DNA of 64,000 nucleotides. Origin: Rhizodiscina lignyota. Taxonomy: Eukaryota. Every line of letters begins with the position of its first letter. Position 1 is the stretch's first letter. Position numbers and translations under genes: made by a program. The stretch spans positions 930,001-994,000 of the forward strand of contig ML978129.1 of assembly GCA_010015805.1 (NCBI GenBank), read 5' to 3'. The notes beneath the pieces were generated by a model. The model was not told the origin of the DNA and did no database searches. It saw only the letters and a list, made by a program, of their open reading frames with translations. Positions 48,296-59,851 of this stretch are shown one piece after another.

Positions 48296-49550
48296 TCAAG
48301 CTCCCGCTAAGATGTCCGCAACCCGCAAAGCCAAGTCCAGAATCACGAGATGCTCGTCAGATCCGTCGATGAGTCTTTTATCCGCCTCCGAGAAGACCAT
48401 GACGATCTGGTTCTTCCGCGGATCCGAAATCTTCTCGTCGTACAAGACCTTCTCGTACAGCTGGCCAACCACCTGCGTTGCGCTCCAGCCGTCCGCGACC
48501 AAATCCGTTACCGCACTTGAGACTGCTTCATAAACGATGCCCTTCGCCTTGGGCTGCATTGCTTTCAGAAGCTCATCGACAGTCGCGTCCGGCACTACGC
48601 CAGCAATCTCCTCTACCACCTTGACGGTCACCATCCCATCGTCTTCCTCATCAATATCCATACCATCTCCCTCACCCTTCTCCTTTCCCTTTCCCGCCTT
48701 GATCGCACCCACCAACCTCGCCGCACTCTGCAAGAACGTAATCGCCTTCCTCAGATCGCCATCACTGCACCTCACCAGCGCATCCACACTCCCCGGGCCC
48801 AACTTGACACCCTCATTCTCCGCAATATCTTCCAGCCTCTTGCCCGCATTCGTCTTGTCCAGACTCTTAAACCTGAACTTACTACACCTCGACGCCAGCG
48901 GATCGATTATTCTCGTCACATAATTGCACACGAGACAGAACCGCGTAATCCTGCTGTACGTCTCCATCGTCCTCCTCAGCGCGCTCTGCGCATCCTGCGT
49001 CATGCTGTCCGCCTCGTCCAGCACGATGATCTTGAAGCTCGGGCACGGGTACTTCTTGCGGTACTCCACGCCAGCGGGCCCGGCTGGTGGATTGGATAGC
49101 TGCTGCCGCGCGAAGTCTTTGACTTTCTCGCGCACAATGCTGATGCCGCGCTCGTCGGACGCGTTGAGTTCGAGCACACGCGAGCGTATGAGTTCAGGGC
49201 CAAAGAGCTGCTTTGCGAGGGCGAGGATGGTGGAGGTTTTGCCGGTGCCAGGGGGGCCGTAGAAGAGCATATGTGGGAGGTTGGAGGTGTGCAGGAGGCG
49301 TTGGAGGACGGTGACTGTGTGGTCTTGCGCGGTTACGTCCGTGAGGGTTCGAGGGCGGCTGTTCAATGTGAGTACGACTTGTATATTGGTCTAATTGGAG
49401 GGTATTTGAAGATGAGCATTGGACATACTATTTTTCGACCCATGGTTGAAGTCGATTTGGCTCTTCTTTCGAGGCTACTGTCTTGAAGGAGCCCGCCGCA
49501 GAGGAGGCAGCGGCTTCTTTACGCGCCTTGATGTCGAAGAAATTGGCCAT
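48296..49550 (-). CDS. RFC2: Replication factor C small subunit (yeast Rfc2 / human RFC4)
   Basis: QPWVEKY|RPRTL across one intron, [43 protein letters not shown] and SRC. Confidence 0.96.
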
Positions 49551-49620
49551 GCTTGCAGTTCGAGCTCTATATTCAATGAGCGTGAGTTGAATGCGATGAC
49601 TGATAGATGGTGCATATTGG

Positions 49621-49643
49621 ACGGACGCGTCCGTGACGCGAAG
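49621..49643. promoter_or_regulatory. MCB elements in RFC2 promoter
   Basis: Perfect 14-bp palindrome ACGGACGCGTCCGT (49621-49634) containing ACGCGT, followed directly by GACGCGAA, ~70 bp upstream of the RFC2 ATG. Confidence 0.65.
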
Positions 49644-49998
49644 TCACTTGTAAATCCACATTCGGCTTAGTGCGCGTCCGCGGGGCGATACGAGCAGAGT
49701 CAGCTCAGCCCTGCCAGCGACTGCTGCAGCTGCAAGCAAGAGACGAGAACGGGAGCAAGGCTGCCGTGAATCTGTAGACTCGCTATTCTTACGCAAATTG
49801 GCACATGCAGTCTGCAAGCCTCGTCGTAATTCTGAATTAACATCAAACGAGCTGTCTGCACGTGTCGCCTCGCACAAGGAGTATATACCTCAAGGCGGCC
49901 GCTGCCTTGGATGAATCCCTGACTTGACTGCGAGACTCGCGCGATTCTGATATAAGCGTTGCTTCATCTGAGAAATATCATCAAAATAGACTTGCAAC

Positions 49999-50678
49999 AT
50001 GGCAGCTCCTGAATCGGCGAATTTGAAGAACCTCAGCGGGCAGTGGGTGATGGTATGAGACGATTAATTGTACGGAACGAGGCAGTCACTTACCGTATGG
50101 TAATCGCAGAACAAGAAGCTCAGTGGAGAATTTGACTCGATACTGGCGCTGGTATGCACTGCTTAACCAACAACAAGTGCAAAAGGTAACTGTTACTACA
50201 GCAAGGAATCGGATGGTTGACGCGTTCGGCCATCAGCCTCGCAACCATCACGCTCCATCTTAAACAATATAATGCGGAAGACGGTGTTGAGCACGTCGAC
50301 ATTGACCAAGTCCTCACCGGCGGTATCAAAGGCACCGCCGAGCACAGGGTTCTAAACGACGAGTGGCGAGACCACACTGACCACATATTCGGTCATGTCA
50401 GGGCCAGGAGCCGGCGCACTAAGCTCTCCTCTCTCAAGGACGACGATGAGGATGAGAAGTTTTTGAAGACTGATTGGACTCAGGATGTGATCGATGGTGA
50501 TGAGGTTATCGATGGGCAGGTTGAGAGCCAAGACAATGGCTGGACGGCCAGACAGAGCTGGGGATTTGAAGTTATTGATGGAGAGAGGAGGCACTGCAGG
50601 CATGCGATTGTGCATAAGGGTGACGAGGTCAAGAGAGTGAAACTGGTGTATGACTACAAGGGACCGCTGGACGGCTAG
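49999..50678 (+). CDS. Small calycin/lipocalin-like beta-barrel protein (family often annotated as 'LCCL domain-containing')
   Basis: Two introns give MAAPESANLKNLSGQWVM|NKKLSGEFDSILAL|QGIGWLTRSAI..DHIFGHV..GWTARQSWGFE..LVYDY. Confidence 0.85.
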
Positions 50679-50795
50679 AAGCAGTTCTCGGCTTGTGCAT
50701 GATACGATGATTGGCTTATTCATATTGTTTTCGTTTGGGAGTGTAGATGTATCAACTCGCCTCCATTTACTTCAGTTTGTTTCAATCATCGAGTT

Positions 50796-51962
50796 TCACG
50801 GATACGACTCTTCTAGTATCTCAGCCTGCGCATGTCCCTCAGCCCGTGTCTGAATCTTCATGCTATCCAGAATTCTCTTCTTGACCTCCGAGCTTCTGAC
50901 CTCCACGCCGAAGAAAGCACCAAATGTTGTATCAAACTCAAATGGTTTGATCGATTTCCAGATCCCCATTATCTCAGAGGGCGGCAGCGGAATCATGTTG
51001 GGGATTGACCACATAAATGTGAAGCTAATCGTCCCAGGAGGTCGGTCAATATGATAAAGACCAGACTATGTCACTGTCAGCAAGGGGACTTTTCTTTGCT
51101 GCTCACTATTGATAACAACGTACCGGCATTGTCACTAGAGTATCAGCAATGAACAGTTTCTTATCCCAGTGCAGTAAGAGACTGCCTGGGAAGTGACCTC
51201 CCGCTTTAATCGCAGTCACCCCAGGTACAATAGTCTCCGTGGTGCCGACAGGTCCGTGAAAGACCTGCTTGCGAACGTTGCTGGTATCCTTTCGATTTGT
51301 CCATTCTTGGTCATCGGCGGCGATGTAAACAGGACAGTCGAATACACTACCCCATTCTAAATGCGTCGTGTAGTAATGTGGATGCGATATCTTTCTTTGC
51401 TCTTAGTTGCTGGATCATACAAACGAAAATTAGCTTTGAAGACTTACAACGATTGCCTTGAGACCTCCTTTTGATTTAATCTAATCTGCATTAGCCCATT
51501 ACCGCTCACCAATGGGCAGAATCGGACGCCCTACAAAGTTTATGGTATCGTCATCCAGAAAGGCGATCAAGTCCCAGAGAACATTTCCATGCGGTGTCTC
51601 CAATAAAACGCACCTCTGGCCAATGCCGACCTTTACTTTGTTAGCTACCGTGTACAATCATAGGGCAGAGCGATTTACCTTGGGTTCAGTCCAGATGGAG
51701 ACCACCCGTTCATCTACAGGATCCTGCTTGATGATGTTCTTGTGCCCATTTTTCTTCAACTCGTTCAAACTCGTCCATACCTGTCCAGTTGCAACAGGAA
51801 TGTATTGACGTGGGTCCTGGAATACTTTAGTTTGCGAACGTGTAGAACTTAGGTGGAGATGCCGACATCGCAGATACGGCATGCCTTGGGATGAGAGCTC
51901 AAGGGAACATCGAATTGAGTTCCGCACGCCCTGCAAATAGCTAGGTCACCTGAATCCACCAT
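50796..51962 (-). CDS. Metallo-beta-lactamase-fold protein with N-terminal CxxC..CxxC ribbon
   Basis: MVDSGDLAICRACGTQF..CRICD|DPRQYIP..QVWTSL, IGQRCVLLETPHGNVLWDL, SHPHYYTTHLEW, GGHFPGSL, FMWSIPNMIPLPP. Several GT-AG introns. Confidence 0.88.
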
Positions 51963-52258
51963 CTTGGTAATTGCTGCTCGTTTTTTAATTGGGCTCTGTC
52001 ACGTTAAAGGCCTTTATGAATCTCTAAGTGTTTAATCTTTTCCCGGATAAAGGCAATCTTCTTCAGTTTAGCTTACGTACTAGCCGCAGTTTCGTGTACA
52101 TCATGTGCAAACTGTTTATTATAATGATCGTAAGATTGTCATGCCATACATAACCAGCATTAGATGTCAAATAGGATTGATTTCGCGAGCTGAATAATAA
52201 GCGACTTCAACTCATTTGGAAGCCCCAAACGCCAAATGCAATGCGATAATGCATGTCT

Positions 52259-53010
52259 CTACTGATAATTCAGAACGCCTTTCAAGATCCAGACCTCGCC
52301 ATTGGAGACCGTGTTCGCCACGTTATCAACTTCAACGTTTCCTGGTTGTATCTAGCAAGTGATATCAGCAATCATGTTCGATGAAAGAGGGTTGAATGTC
52401 TCACAAATCTCTTGCCATCTTTCTGCTCCCACCAAACCGTACTTCCCACGAGCGTTTGGACCTTCTTGCCTTCCGCCCATGGGCTTTCCGGAATGATGTG
52501 TGCCTCCACGAAACGCCTTAGATTCCTATGCGCTCGGTCCTCTCCATCATTGCCTGAGTATGCATCCGCACCAAGCTCTTGATAGTCCCTTGGGTCCTCC
52601 CATGGTTTCCTCGGCAGCTTCATGATATGCGAATTGTCAGGAGCGACGATTGTAGAATTCTGTCCTCCGTCTTCCAATCTCTTCGAAACTGTGCCAATAT
52701 CCCGCGTGAAACCGCTGAAGATGTTGATGCGCCGCTCAGAGGCAATCACGTCAGATATCGTAAGATCTGAGGAGGCATCTGGTGCGCTTCTGCCATCGTC
52801 GGCTCCGCTCGAAGGAGGTAATACAACATTCGGAGGATCCATGAGGCGCGCTTGATCTCCTGCTGCTGTCACTTCGCGCTTTTGGATACCGGCCGCTTGT
52901 AATCTGTCTTTCATCCACTGGTAGGGTGGCACGGGCGGTGGACTTTTCGCAGAACCCGTCATATAGAAGCAGAAGGCTGCCAACGGATACACAAGGAGTA
53001 TAGATTTCAT
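52259..53010 (-). CDS. FAS1 (fasciclin) domain-containing secreted protein
   Basis: Signal peptide, TIVAPDNS..LPRKPWEDP..NLRRFVEAHI. Intron 52352-52404 continues into IQPGNVEV..NGEVWILKGVLNYQ*. Confidence 0.9.
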
Positions 53011-53086
53011 TTTCCGGCGAGCTACGGAGTCTTTGAAAGCAGCTGGAGTGATGATGAAACTGGATGCTGGCCCGCATGTTCGATCG

Positions 53087-53099
53087 CACGTGCCACGTG
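53087..53099. promoter_or_regulatory. Tandem CACGTG E-boxes in bidirectional promoter
   Basis: CACGTG at 53087-53092 and 53094-53099, between the divergent FAS1 and DUF3807 genes. Confidence 0.4.
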
Positions 53100-53245
53100 C
53101 TTCACTGCAAATGCGCTCATCAAGGTCCGTGCGCGGGTTTACTTCGGAATCAGGAATCTCAGCCCTGCAGCCCCATATAAAAGTCGCGCCTGCTTTCTGA
53201 AAGCAACAACAACAACCTCACCTCTCCGTACTCAGTCAAACACAA

Positions 53246-53311
53246 GGGTTTGAAATCACCAGCGGAATGACGGATTCGGGGTTTGAAATCACCAGCGAAA
53301 TGGCGGATTCG
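53246..53311 (+). repeat. 33-bp tandem duplication spanning the start codon
   Basis: GGGTTTGAAATCACCAGCGGAATGACGGATTCG (53246-53278) and GGGTTTGAAATCACCAGCGAAATGGCGGATTCG (53279-53311), 2 mismatches. Confidence 0.95.
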
Positions 53312-54024
53312 CAAGGAGCAGGAGAGTTCACCATACCTACTATCACCGAGGTACGTAAATTGGTTTAAAGAGGATTCTTATTTTCGTTGAGAATTTGATG
53401 CCAGCATAGCAACACCTCAGGGACTTTCACGCCCCAAATGATCCTACCCTTCTCCCTACACGATTTTTCTGCACAGAGGAGGAGATCGAGGAGCTACACG
53501 AACAGTTCCCTCACGCTCATCCCCCATGGATCTTCACGGAGAAACTCAATGAGTTGCTGGAGTTTGACGACTACGGCCTTGGATACTACCCGGATGGCAA
53601 GAAGCGCACTCTCACGGACGACCAAATCGTGATCTTCAGGCATAGTGAGGTCAACCGCATCTTGCGCGAGAAGAGGCGCCTTGTAGAGGGCGTAGAGGCA
53701 CCTGATGCGGATCAGACTGCCACTACTTATCCTGCTGCTGCTAAGACTACCGATGCTCAGGCTGGCGCTGAGCCCCACGGAACAAAGAGGGAGTTCCAAG
53801 AGGATGAGGAATCCGAATCTGAGGAAGCTTCAGAGCTGTCCGAGGAGGGAACAATCGACTTCAAGGACACGACTGCAAAAGAAGAATGGGAGGCAGTGAG
53901 AGAGGCGAAAAGGAGACGGCAAGTCTTCAAATCCAAAGATAAAAACGAAGATTTTACGCCGCGTAGGATCGCTCGGGAGCAGGATAACATCAAGGCCGAG
54001 GACATCGAAATGGACTACGGTTGA
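53267..54024 (+). CDS. DUF3807-like fungal protein
   Basis: Exon 1 ends ..IPTITE, intron 53351-53409, then QHLRDFHA..LGYYPDGKKRTLTDDQIVIFRHSE..RRIARE..MDYG. Start is 53267 or 53300. Confidence 0.85.
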
Positions 54025-54356
54025 ACCATTTCCGAGTGCGATGGCTTTCGTGCTCTCGGTACGTACAAACCAATTCCTCGCATATTTGCTCTCCACTTGC
54101 ATGATGAGAATCTTTCATCGTCATCCTTAGGCGGAAAGCTTTTGGCTGCACCGAGGCCCCCTGGCTCGGAGGTCACTGGTATATGTCGACTATAATCTTC
54201 TCTCTGACTCAATTTCTATTTGATCCTCCATATCTCTGGAACGCCATTGCTATGCTTTGCTACTTATTGATGGTACAGATCAATGATTCCAGGTATCCGA
54301 ACACTTTTTGGCTCTGTCAAGTCTCGAAACTTTATCAAATTATCATCACTGCCGGC

Positions 54357-55751
54357 TCATGGTTCTACCTCGACTTCAGCACTTCCACCTCCCGGATCCA
54401 ACAGGTTGTGGTGGGCTAGTGTTATGTGCTCGGACCACTCCTGAGCTTGTGAGAAGTTTGCGGCGCATTCCGCATGGGGGCATTCAAAGCGTCTGTGGGT
54501 CTTGGAATGCTTTTGCAGGTCTATTGAATTGTGAAAATGCTGCGTAGCGTTAGCTTTCAGCCAGTCAATAGTGCGCCTTGCGACAGGAAAAAGTCTGGCT
54601 CATCTTACCTCGTGACAGCTTATCCAAGGGCAGTGAAACGTAGGAATTAAAATCTCCTCATTCTCGGTTGCCTCCTCTTCTTTGTGATCTCTTCTTCCTG
54701 TGATTCGATCCGCATTCAGGCTGTCTTGCAAAACGTGGCCGAGAATCATCTTGAGTCTAGCGACCGACTTGTCATCCAAAGTTCCTTTCTTCGCCGCAAC
54801 GTCTTGCAGTCGGGACCGAGTCTCCTCTACATGACGGAAATTGGTCTGTTGGCCGCCTTGCAGATTCTCAAAACCGTGAGCCCAGACTTTGTCCGTGTAT
54901 GACTCCAGCACGGTTTCCCATTCATGCAGCCAGTGCTCTCGCTGTGGTGTGCTGTAATTCAGGTAGCTCTCTTCTCCGTCTTCAAGGCTGGCCGCAAGGT
55001 CTTCCACTCCAGGTATCAAGTTCATTGGATTGAAAGGATGGACCGATTTATGCTCTGGTGGGGGCGGCAATGTTGACTTGATGCGGTTGACCGCTTCTTG
55101 CTCCTCTGCGTTGTAATTCTGCGGGAATAGATCCTGAACGGTTTGCTCTGATGGCTCATCGATTGCTATTTGTTGCGGATCCTCGTCGATTTGAAAGTCT
55201 GGTCGGGATAGAAGTGCGCTCACTTCCGCGCCATCGTTGCGTTGTACAGGACCGCCGCTCGACAGGCCTGATTCATAATATACTGCTGGTAAATGCTGGC
55301 TTCCCTCTTCAAGTTGTTGGTCGGTACTGTAGAATTCGTGCTGCCACGCGCTTGGTTGCAAATTTCCATGTGTTCCGAAATGCCTCAAATCATCTTCCGA
55401 CAGAAACTCTTTCAACTCATTCTCACTTTCCAAATTATGAGATGATGACCGAAAATTCTCCCCTGGAAAGTTGGCGGTCGCCGAGTGAGAACTGCTCGTA
55501 CCCGGTTGGTGCGAATAACTGCTTTCAGTCCATCTTAACGCTCCGCTGGCACTCGACTGGGCTTTGGAAGATCCAGCCGATGCTAATTGTGATAATGTCG
55601 TACTGTCAGGCCGTGCTGTGAAGCTCTTCGCAAGTCCAGCTGTGGATGAAGCAATCCTCGAGCCTAACGATTCATTTTCTGGTTTCTGCTCCGGCGGATT
55701 TGCTGAACTGGACGCCCTGGATTTCCCATTCCGTCCAGAATGGCCATTCAT
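54357..55751 (-). CDS. Fungal hypothetical protein with two C-terminal C2H2 zinc fingers
   Basis: 383-aa ORF, then intron 54540-54608 (GTAAGA..GCTAAC..CAG) gives FHCPWISCHE|HFHNSIDLQKHSKTH and FECPHAECAANFSQAQEWSEHITLAH. Stop at 54357-54359. Confidence 0.85.
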
Positions 55752-58700
55752 GGTTTCCTTAATATCATAGCAAGAGCAATAGGTTTGTGCTCTTCCGATG
55801 TCTAAAATATATCTCCTCGGGTATGGGCCTTGCGAGCACGTGCCAATTTATGACATCGGTTTTCCCAAATACGTCGGATGATGATAGTCCCCTCAGTTCG
55901 AGTTTCGGAAGGCAATCTCAGGGCGAGAGGATGTCTGAGAGGCTCATAAAGTGCTATAAATTCTCGCAGGGGCCAAAGACAATTTATGTATTCATGACGG
56001 AGTCCCTTCCATCCGCCATTCAAAAAACCCGATTCGCCGACTTCATCCCGACTCGTTGCGGATTTACCCGACTCTTTCTGGTCAAAAAATGCGGTCGAGT
56101 ACTTTTCGTCACTTTCAACTCATTGTATGCAGCTTGAGAATCCTGATTTACGATATTTTCAAGTCTCGGTTCACGATTTTATATTGGATCAATAAAGAGT
56201 CTGTCATTCTTCAACACCGTTAGGCTGCAACGCGACAATGACGCGTCAAGTTTTCTTCTAGATAATGCTATAATGTACCCAAAATACCCCTAACCTCTCT
56301 TACCCCAGTTATTCTATAGTTGAAGGTCGATTCGTACTTTGCTGAATTTGGACATGTCGAGCCTCGTACTCGCCGGTAACGATTGGGGCTGAGGAGCTTC
56401 GATTAATGACGCGCTCTTTCCAACTCCGAAGTGATGCCAGTATTCATCTCTATTGCTCTCTGAGAGCCACCGTTTAAGACCGGTATATGCATCCAGATCC
56501 TGTTTTAATATGTGAGCAAGGTACTGATCATTTCAGGAGTGGTTTATATTGGTTAGAGCTGTACCTCTGCCTCCCGTCTGACTTGCTCTAACGTTCTTTT
56601 CTCGGGACTTTGGCCGCCAGTGCTTTGTGGTTGCTTAGTAGTCGTCATATTGAGAAGTCCAGTATGTGACAATGAATTGATATAGATAGCTTTTCCTCGA
56701 TAACCGAACTGCAAACAGAATGCGCATGGAAACCTGGACGTGACTACGACATTGACAAGTTATAGGAATTCGGGCATCTCCCACGTTTATCCAACAAAAT
56801 ATCAAGGCTCTTCTGGAGCCACTGGTGCCAATGGACCAGCTGTATGGGGTTTACGAACATTCCGATCGCTGGAATTGTTTGAATTTGTGTTCAGATACTC
56901 CATTTCGGCTGGCCCTGCCTTCCTTTATGAGCATCTCTTCATCTGAAAGAGACTTACCGAACGCACGTCCAGTGCCTTGTGCATACCATTATGATGCAGG
57001 CACTTGGCTCTGGGGAATCTAAGTCTATGTGGGCAGGAGGTAAAACGATGTAATGCTGCTCCTGCTCGTGCTAATGCCAGAGCGCAGTAGGCTACCATGC
57101 GGCGCCGCCGCCTTCCCCACAGCATGCATCATGGCGAACCAATCGAATCGAGGCAGCCTTTCGCGTTCACAATAGTCGGCACGCGCCAGTAGGGCTCTTC
57201 GGCCCTTGTGCCGGCCATCATGCATTGCTTTTTCTATGGTCAGCCACCATAGAGCCACGGGAAAGAGGTTATGGAGATCATCATCTATTTATTAAACGAC
57301 GCGGCCTCTAATGATTCCAGCTCGATCGCCTTCACACTTGCGCTACGTTCTTGCCGGATCCAACGTGGCAGACGCAAATTAAAAGGAAAGCTTGCGTTTT
57401 GTTGCCAACAGAGCTTAAAGGAAACCGTGCCGCTGGTGCAAGGGGATTTGACGAGCGCTGTCGCCCGTTATGTTGTGTAACCATATGAGGTGGCACGATA
57501 CCTTCAATAGGATGGGCCTTGACCTTCAGTAGCCGCTTTCTGCTGTGTCACGGCCGGATAGCCTCAAGTACGTCGACGCAAGGACAGGCAGTCAGATTCA
57601 TCTCAAAGCCCCTGGAACTTACTAACGATTGTTTTCCGACGTTCATAGAGAGCCTCACAGATGCCGTTCCGGAAGCGTTCGAACCGACAGCAGCATTGGC
57701 ACACATTGCATGCATTTAACAATCAAGTCGATCTGTGTTTGGCTCGCACTCGGATCGAATCTTACTACGATCAACTGACTTACTAGGACAGGTATCGGCT
57801 GCTCAGCATTACATTGGCTTTTGCATAGCCAGCTAACAAGGGGAACTACGAGCAAGATCGTATAATCTATGCCGACGCAGCCCCAAGCACACGATCGCAT
57901 TTTGGCTGCCAATCAAGCCATTGGAGACGCCTTTATCATCTTTGCCTCTCACCAGATGCAGCTAATAAAAGCTTAAATATCCTCTAGATTGTCTCATTCT
58001 TATGCCACGTCAGAGACAGCTCTATCATCATTTGGAGGTGTGCACATGCACATCTTCATCCATCACCGGGGCCACTGGAGACCATTTTGGGCTTTGAAAA
58101 CGCCACGAGCAATCCACATCTCAGTATCTGATCCGCGCGCTTGCATTAGGTTCGCATGGGTATTTTCCCCTCCGAACGCCTTCGACGTGATGTGGGGCTT
58201 TACTCGATGGTCCACGGTTCGCTCAGCACACTCTTAAGAGATCTGATTCAGCTAATGCAGCAACGATGTAGTGGACTAGATCTGCCTGCACAGAAATGCC
58301 CTTGCCCTTCGAGAGCGGACTGTAGGCCATCAAACCCAGCATTTCTTGTGCGTTTAACGGGTATGGCCATGTCTGTTTACCCGGCAGGAGCAAGAGCAAG
58401 AAGTGATAGGAGACACGCTTGTTATGTTGGTCATGCTCCCCAATCTCACGACACGGCCACTGTATCTGTCTCCCCCACGCTGGTGATCAATGTCTCACAC
58501 TTCTTTCATTGTACAGCTCGTATTCTTCTCTAATCCCACTGTTGCGCTGACATGTGACCCAACTAGCGCGAATTTAGCAGAGTTCCTGTTGCTCTAACCG
58601 CGCTGGCTTCTCCATGAGGTTCGATGCTTTAGCGATTTCAATTGACCCAATTTTTCGGGAATCCGGCATCTGCAGCTTAAGCACGTCTGCATCGGTGACA

Positions 58701-59011
58701 TACAGAAGCGTCGTCTGTACGATTTGCGCGTGACCCGCAGAATTTCAAACTGCTGCTATTTGTCCGCACGACGCGCCACCTTGCGGTCTTGGTTGAGTGT
58801 CCGACCATCTGGAAACCAATCATAAATATATATCAAAAGTTAATATTTTAGGCCACTGCAATTATATCGAGGATCTCTATTGACACGTTCCGAAAACCCG
58901 GTTGTACATCTACAGTGAGCTTGACGGCTTCTCACGGATGCCGCATCGTATTGTCAATCCAGAATACCAAGCTTCCGCGGTGGAGGAACCGTGACAGTAT
59001 CTCGTTGGCGA

Positions 59012-59297
59012 TCATTGATCCTTCTCTTCCTCTCCCTGATCTTCGGACTTTTCTTCTTCTTCGTCTCCTCCATTATCATCCCCAAGGCCGGTCCAAGGCC
59101 CGTCCTTCTCCGCAAGGAACGACTCCATCGCAGCGGAACGTGGCTGATCGGCATTGTCTTCGTCCTCGTCTTCTTTATCCGACTGTCGCGCAAATCAGCT
59201 ACGAATTCGCTCATTCGCTGTAAAGCTTTCTTACCTCGGAATACCCATTGACCTGCTCTTCTTCATTGCCAACGCCATTGTCACATTTGTCACTCAT
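59012..59297 (-). CDS. Small hyper-acidic protein (77 aa), two exons
   Basis: Exon 59297-59235 MSDKCDNGVGNEEEQVNGYSE, 52-nt intron 59234-59183 (GTAAGA..GCTGAT..CAG), exon 59182-59012 SDKEDEDEDNADQPRSAAMESFLAEKDGPWTGLGDDNGGDEEEEKSEDQGEEEKDQ*. Confidence 0.6.
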
Positions 59298-59851
59298 AGT
59301 GAGGAGAATATCGATTGAAGGTAGAGTAGAACGTTAGCAGAACCTTCAGTTGTAATTGATTGAGGATGCCGTTCTCGAGTACTGCTTTGGTCTCTTGATT
59401 TAAGTTTGTCTCACAGATTGATAGCGGAGAGCTCGATATTTATCATCACTTGCTGCCTCTTGCATCCTAACGAGACGACCACTGATTCTCCCTTGACGCA
59501 TGCAAATGCATTTCGGCCTGAAAGGAGGCCACGTTGATACGTAAAGAAGCCATCATAGTCGACGACCTGCAATTGTCCTGGCGGACAAGAGCTGACAATG
59601 CGGATTTTCGTCCACTCATGGCATGGCGGTTTGAAGCAGCCAACAAGATATGCGGAGAATTTCAGGCTGCGTCTAATTCTGCGTCTGCTGGAGTGAGCGC
59701 CAGCCCACATATAGAGCTCCAGGAGGTCTATAACTCAGCCACGTGCAGGAAATGTGTACGTTTGACCGCACCTTTGGTAAAGTTGCACCATGACATATCC
59801 GACCTGCATATTCAAGATGTGCAACCTTCCGCTTGAACTACGAATGATGAT

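Noticed and set aside
55330..55350. WQHEF (WxxxF) pentapeptide suggesting a Pex5/Pex20-like receptor
   Set aside because: Single occurrence, no N-terminal Cys motif and no TPR domain.
56288..56295. CCCTAACC as a possible telomerase RNA template at the start of the gene-poor gap
   Set aside because: Only 8 nt, expected by chance in 64 kb, and I could not identify a pseudoknot, CR4/5-P6.1 or 3' processing signal. A covariance-model search would be needed.
58560..58640. GGTTCGA T-loop-like sequence
   Set aside because: No acceptor stem or cloverleaf can be built; no tRNA called. The other GGTTCGA hits noticed (~8071, ~18303) also give no tRNA.
58954..59251. 86-aa plus-strand hydrophobic ORF and 86-aa minus-strand basic ORF
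   Set aside because: Alternative frames of the purine-rich acidic exon; the spliced acidic frame explains the composition and splice signals better.
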